In this document: positions 57,765 to 64,000 of the stretch, in pieces
How positions within the stretch are numbered: position 1 is the stretch's first letter
Layout: each line of letters opens with the position of its first letter
NCBI GenBank assembly: GCA_977016875.1
Contig: CDRNST010000114.1
Span: 558,001 to 622,000 of the forward strand
Direction: 5' to 3'
DNA from: Pavona decussata
Lineage: Eukaryota
Length of the DNA stretch: 64,000 nt
The notes under the pieces: model-generated
Told to the model about the DNA's origin: nothing
Databases searched by the model: none
Seen by the model: the letters and a program-made list of their open reading frames with translations, nothing else
Position numbers and translations under genes: made by a program

Positions 57765-58942
57765 ATACTAGCAATATTACTACTCCCCCTGGATGGGATG
57801 CTAGTCCATCACATGATACCCAGTATGAAGTAACTAGCAGTATCACTACTACCCCCTGGATGGGATGCTAGTCCATTACAGGATACCCAGTATGAAGTAA
57901 CTAGCAGTATTACTACTCCCCCCTGGATGGGATGCTAGTCCATCACAAGAAACCCAGCATGAAGTGAGTAAGAGTATTACTACTTCCCTTGGATGGGATG
58001 GTAGTCCATCACAGTATACCCAGCATGAAGTGACTAAAAGTATTACTACTCCCCCCTGGATGGGATACTAGTCCATCACAGGATACCCAGCATGAAGTGA
58101 CTAAAAGTATTACTACTTCCCCCTGGATGGGATGCTAGTTCATCACAGGATACCCAGCATGAAGTGACTAAAAGTATTACTACTCCCCCCCCCCTGGATG
58201 GGATGCTAGTCCATCACATGATACCCAGCATGAAGTGGCTATGAGTATTACTACTTCCCCCTGGATGGGATGCTAGTCCATCACAGGATACCCAGCATGA
58301 AATGACTAAAAGTATTACTACTTCCCCCTGGATGGGATGCTAGTCCATCACAGGATGCCCACCATGAAGTGGCTAAAAGTATTACTACTTCCCCCTGGAT
58401 GGGATGCTAGTCCATCACAGTATACCCAGCATGAAGTGGCTATGAGTATTACTACTTCCCCCCTGGATGGGATGCTAGTCCATCACAGGATACCCAGCAT
58501 GAAGTGGCTAAAAGTATTACTACTTCCCCCTGGATGAAATGCTAGTCCATCACAGGATACCCAGCATGAAGTGGCTATGAGTATTACTACTTCCCCCCTG
58601 GATGGGATGCTAGTCCATCACAGTATACCCAGCATGAAGTGGCTATGAGTATTACTACTTCCCCCCTGGATGGGATGCTAGTCCATCACAGGATACCCAG
58701 CATGAAGTGACTAGGAGTATTACGACTCTCCCCTGGATGGGATGCTAGTCCATCACAGGATACCCAGCATGAAGTGACAAGGAGTATTACTACTTCCCCC
58801 TGGATGGGATGCTAGTCCATCACAGGATACCCAGCATGAAGTGACTAGGAGTATTACTACTCCCCCTGGATAAGATGCTAGTCCATCACAGGATACCCAG
58901 CACGAAGTGTCTAGGGGCATTACTACTTCCCTAGGATGGGAT
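57765..58942. repeat. Minisatellite, ~67-bp unit, ~17.5 copies
   Basis: Unit GGATGGGATGCTAGTCCATCACAGGATACCCAGCATGAAGTGACTARRAGTATTACTACTYCCCCCT repeated head-to-tail. Confidence 0.97.
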
Positions 58943-60906
58943 TCTTCTCCATTATATTTTATCACTGAAAGTGTGCCTAAGTGTTCTGTGATGTTTCCAC
59001 CTCTTTCTTCACAGAAAGATCCCACTACCTTTATCAACCAAGAATAACGCTAGTACTTCTTACACAGAAAAAGCCAGTGATTGTCAGTGATTAGTAAAGG
59101 GGAAAGTTTAAAAAAGTTTCATAAATAGATTGATTTTAACTGTAGATTAGCATTAAATCCCTAGATTAATAGTATTATTATTATAGTAGTGTTATTGAAA
59201 TTTTCTAGTGCACTATTTGTAGTGTTAGACTTTGTATTTATTTGTAGTTTTTTGGATTTGACATCTGTTTTTGATTAGTGAAAGAAAGCTAATATTAGAT
59301 ATTATTATTATGGTCTGACAAATTTTTAACCCCACTAATGTACAGGATTTAGCCAGAAACTTCGGTTTAACCGCTTGAAAAGTAAAGACACGTATGTCAA
59401 ACGGGAATTTCCCGCAACAAATAAACGATCATCGAAGGTACTCCACTTTTCCCGTTCCAACCGGTCGGGAACGGAAATTACCGTTCCATTTGCACAAAAT
59501 TGCCATTTACATTTTGTTGTCTCCTTGTGCCATCACGTTTTTGATCTACCAATGGGATTGCAAGTTTGGAACAAATGGAAAAAAAAGCCCCTCCATTTGA
59601 CACGGAAAGTTTCCAGAATTTCAAGTCAAACGTTTTCGTTAAATGAAAAGTGCCCCAGGTTTATCTGTGTTTGGCGAAACGTGTTTGGCCAAGTTTTAGT
59701 AGGGTGTGACTTCCAGTTGTTGCCTTGTTCCTTGGCTGCTCTCAACCTTTTCACATCTCCCATACTATAGAAACTGAAATAGCAATGGATGACCTCTCCT
59801 GGCATCAACTACGAGATCCAACTACGAGCAGCTCCTTATTTTTCTGGATAGCAAAGCGAGCGAATGACGCAATCGCGCCCGAAAATTGCCTCTCGCGAGC
59901 GTTCCTCGCAGGAGGCAGTTTTCGCACGTGGTTGCGTGGCGCGGACGCTTTCCTATCCCTAAGGAAAATAATGAACTGCTTATAGTCTACTCCTGACTTC
60001 CTAGATGATGTACCACTAACTGAAGGGATCGTTGGAAGGAGGGAGTATCGGTAAATGATAATTTGGCCTTGGGAATTTTCTCCTAGTTTGCTCTAATTTG
60101 GAACACAGACTAACAGAAACGTTGTTCAATTCAATTCAATTCAATTTTTATTCACACTTATTCGAAATACAATACATTTTTATGGTAAGAAAATAAACAT
60201 ACAGAGCATTATATTTAAGTGGTTTTACCTTCAAGGGAAGAAGTGCGTAGTGGCCAAGGGAGCAAGGCTTTCGTGTTGGCCACTACCTCTAGATGCAGTT
60301 ACAAAAATGGGGGGAAGTAGAATTTGTAAAACTGATTGTTCCATTGCTTGAATTCGGCTAATATTAGATTATGACTTAAGCCTACCAACCGAGCCAGCTG
60401 AAGCGATGCTCCAGTGAATACTAAAAAAACAAATTAATCACACTTCAGGAATTCTTTTGTTTTTGTTTCTTGAGTTTTAGCAAAACCGGAAGCCACGAGT
60501 TTTGTTAAAATTCGTCAGCGAAGTCAAGCTTTTAGAAAAGCATCAAAATATATCTGACTCCATGATTTTTTATAAAATCTTGGCTGGTCCTAAATCTTTT
60601 AAAGAGATAAAGGTGTTTTTGTTTGTTTTTGTTGTTTCTTTCTTGTGGTGCCGATTAGATTTCAAGTCAAACGATATAAAAATAGCGGGTTCATGAGCAG
60701 ACGTTTTGGAAATTCTTCACGATCACGTGATCGTTGGGACCAGTCCCAAACAAGTCCCAACACTTGAAAGAAATTTCTAGAAACGCTAATAGAGTACTAG
60801 AGTGTATTTCAACGCTTCCTCGCTGTGACATTCTACATCAGAAACTCGAGCGTACTACACAGTTCATATTCGAAACTCAAAGAACATTACTTCTTCGCGT
60901 ATTAGT

Positions 60907-61010
60907 ATGAATACTATCGAGTTCGTCGCAGGAGACTTGGATAAACAGTACAAGTGTACGAAATGCCTTGGTGTCTTACAAGACCCTGTGCAATCATTTT
61001 GCGGGCATAG
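60907..61010 (+). CDS. First coding exon of a TRAF-like RING-finger gene (rest not found in window)
   Basis: MNTIEFVAGDLDKQYKCTKCLGVLQDPVQSFCGH(R): the CxxC-x11-CGH half of a TRAF-type RING, preceded by the typical 'F V' motif; phase-2 donor AG/GTAAGT. Confidence 0.78.
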
Positions 61011-61849
61011 GTAAGTTTAGAAAAAAAATTTAATTGACGGGACATTCTGTCTTAAGGTTTGCTCGAGGCAAAATAAAGTATTCAATATAAATTTCGCGTT
61101 TATTTGCTGCTAAGAATCATTGCAAGAAACACCGATTGAAATTCGTGAAAGCTGGAGCAAGCAAAGGCAGTAGATAGCATAACGTCGCATAATCCCGCTC
61201 TTTGGCTGTATTCCAACTTTTACGAATTTATCAGTACACCTTGTAAAGATTTCCCGTGGGCAGATGAACTGACGAGAAAACCTAAGCAAAGAGAAAAAAG
61301 AAACGATCTTTCGGTATTATGTATATATTTTTCCTCGACCGAAGGCGACCTTTAATTAAAATATACGAATTCAGTTGACCATAACATATCCGTTTACTAA
61401 GCACGCGTCTCTATTGAAACAGACGGACCTTAGACTAGGCTAGACGTGAAAGCAATCACAGAGAAACGATAGAAACATCTGAAATTCATCTGACTTGCAC
61501 TGAAACGAAATAAAGTATGTAAATATGCCTGTACAAACTCAGAAGTCCAGTTTTTAATTTTGTTTTGATATTATTTGGCCACGTGGTTTTCAATTCAAAA
61601 GGTTCCATCATGGATGTGTCGGTCACATCAGACGGTGAGACGGGGCCTGACTTTAGCTTTAGATCGGTTCTTTAGAACTGACAATTTCTACGATCAATGT
61701 ATAAAATCATGCGAAATTCACTTTAAAGAAAAGAAAGAAAATAACCTTGTGAATAAACGTTTCCTTTTTCAGTCAAGACATGTGCGACAGAAACAAAAAT
61801 AACTCAAAACAACACCTCAACCGTCACGTGATCGTAATGATTATTTATG

Positions 61850-63149
61850 CGGTGAGGGTAAAAGGAGGAAAGAGTTTGCGGAATGGTATGTGGAATGGCG
61901 TGCGGAATGGCATAATTATGCGAAATACGATTTACGCGGGGAATAAATTAACGGAAGGGCGCATCCTGTTTTCGCGCCAATTTTATAAGAGCAGCAGTTT
62001 TTTCGATGTTGCGGACTATTAAACAACCAAACAACAGATCGAGGATTAGAAAATACACGCTTGGGATAGAACATGTCTGATCGCTGGTTAGGAAGTGACA
62101 GTGAAGAAATCGATGAAGTTTTGCATTCAAGGAACTAAGAATAAATTAAATTTCTAGTTGACAAAAAGAACGTGGCAGCGAGTAGCCTAGACAAAGAGCA
62201 ACACCAGACTGAAGAAATAACATCAGTCCAAGGCCAAAACTATTATGCGAGAAATTTTAAATTTAAACTCGGTCATTTTATCAGACTCTTTGACGATTAC
62301 AATTTGTACAACTCATGGGAAAAATATGTTCTACTTTTTCTCACCTTACATTTTCGTCGAGCGATGAGTACGCAAGTCACTGTTGAGCTGCTGAGCTAGC
62401 TACCTAGCTATTTAATACGGCGATTCAGGTAGCTATAGTTCAGTTACGCGTTATCGAATTAAACATATCCGTCTTTAATTAAGATCTTTCAGTGCCAGGC
62501 GTCCCAACCTAAAATGAGATTTAAAAGCGAAAAAGCCCTAGAGCAAAAATGCAGATGACAAGTATGGTGTCTAATTATCGACACTGGTTGTTTGAAAGGT
62601 TGTGAAACTATTCTTATCACAAATGCATTTTGGTCAAATTGTTGTTCATTTTCCCGCTCATGATAAATGAATCATCGAGCATACAGGGTATGAGAATTGA
62701 TCTTTTACCGAGGGTTAAAAAAAAAAGAAAAAAAAGGTTTATTATTTGCCCTCGGTAAAGGATCAATCCTTGTCCTAAGAAGACTTCACGCTGCCACGTT
62801 ATTTTTGTCAACCGAAGTCGCATGGAGTAAAGTGAACATGAAATTTAATTTACTACGGATTTACTCATAGTTCCTTGAATGCGAAATCTATAAACAGTTT
62901 CCATCGCTTTCTTTACCCTCACTTCTTCCAAATCAACAATCAGACGATCAAATCCTCGAATTGTTGTTAATATTTAGCAAGAGTCCGCAGTATCAAAAAA
63001 GCTGCTGCTTTTATAAAATTGGCGCAAAAACATGACGCGCTCTTCGGTTAATTTATTTCCCACGTAAATCGTACTTCGCATAATTATGCCATTCCGCACG
63101 CCATTCCACATACCATTCCGCAAACTCTTTCCGTCTTTTACCCTCACCG
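61850..63149. mobile_element. Non-autonomous DNA transposon with ~290-bp TIRs and 9-bp TSD (Mutator/MULE-like)
   Basis: CGGTGAGGGTAAAAG... at 61850 mirrors ...CTTTTACCCTCACCG at 63149; TSD TTATTTATG at 61841-61849 and 63150-63158. Confidence 0.88.
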
Positions 63150-64000
63150 TTATTTATGGTGCTGTCGGATATCCGACCCGGCGGAAATCTTTCGCTTTCG
63201 AAGCGCTCGATAGCTTGGAAAAACAGCTTCTTCTCGTAATGCTACACTCTTTCTTATATAAGATCGTCTAATTTGGGGGCTGAGGCTCAACGTTCTTTTT
63301 TAGTTTTTGGCAATTTGAGCTATAGTATTTCAATAAATCTTTGTGGACGTGACCAACTGAAGACAGTACACCTATTAAAGAGCAATATGTGCTGTGATGT
63401 GGCGTCAACTTGTTTGTGACATGCCTTATTCCAGAAGTTTGTTGTGCGGTTTACAGGTACTAAGTTTTTGGTAGTTTATATTTTTACACTGTAATAGCCC
63501 TGAAATCAGTGAAAACAAAAACAAAAATACAGCCTATGTCCGACACAAAATGAGATGTTCAACTGTGTACCAGGCATACAATTTAAAAAATCCACTGTTA
63601 ACGTTAAAATGCATCCTTTATCATTTGGGTTTAATAATTGGACTGTATAGACCGGAAGTTTTTTCTTCTTTTTTTTTTTTGTATTTTATCAGACCGGAAG
63701 TTTTACATGTACAGCCTGGCTAATGTTCCTAAATATTAGTTAATCTCAAACGTTCATAAATATATATGTATAAAAAGAGAGTATTGAAGTTAATTCCACA
63801 ATGTACGTTTTGAATTTAGAAATCACGGAAATTAAAACTCGCAAAACCGGCTCGTTAGCGAGATTTAGCATTCAGTACGTTTCTGGAAAGAGCGAATGCA
63901 CGTGCTCATGATTATTCCGCATTTTCAGGGGCAGCCAAAAGAACATTCCAGTAAAAATATCTGTTCGGAGGGCCTAAATCGCCAGAAATTCGATTTGAAT

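Noticed and set aside
57765-58942. CRISPR-like array
   Set aside because: Units are contiguous near-identical repeats with no unique spacers; eukaryotic context, no cas genes.
63440-63500. Second exon of the TRAF-like gene (TTACAG|GTAC)
   Set aside because: Immediate in-frame TAA and no CxxC; the true exon probably lies beyond the window.

Overview
Eukaryotic, intron-rich, AT-rich animal DNA. The repeat families resemble those of stony corals/anthozoans; this is an inference. About 53 kb of the minus strand is one giant multi-exon gene for a GRIP-type golgin, GCC2/GCC185-like. I reconstructed 53 GT-AG coding exons by hand (~2,400 aa in-window) from an ATG at 53189 down to 488. The C-terminal GRIP domain lies beyond the left edge. 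Two features set it apart from vertebrate GCC185. First, exon 5 encodes a BICD/BICDR/CDR2-type dynein-adaptor CC1 box (LKMAAELGRKMLEEN). Second, 34 consecutive phase-0 exons follow, 24 of them exact multiples of 21 nt (84/105/168/210 nt), i.e. a coiled-coil rod built from heptad-sized, freely skippable modules. Head-to-head with it, ~440 nt away, is an intronless TREX1/TREX2-family DEDDh exonuclease (53628-54398). The first coding exon of a TRAF-like RING gene starts at 60907. Introns and intergenic DNA contain many MITEs, tRNA-derived SINEs, 5'-truncated LINEs, a 1.3-kb Mutator-like element with a 9-bp TSD, a 106-bp satellite, a 67-bp minisatellite derived from a SINE segment, and one assembly gap (36844-37074). 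All exon calls are manual and need RNA-seq confirmation.
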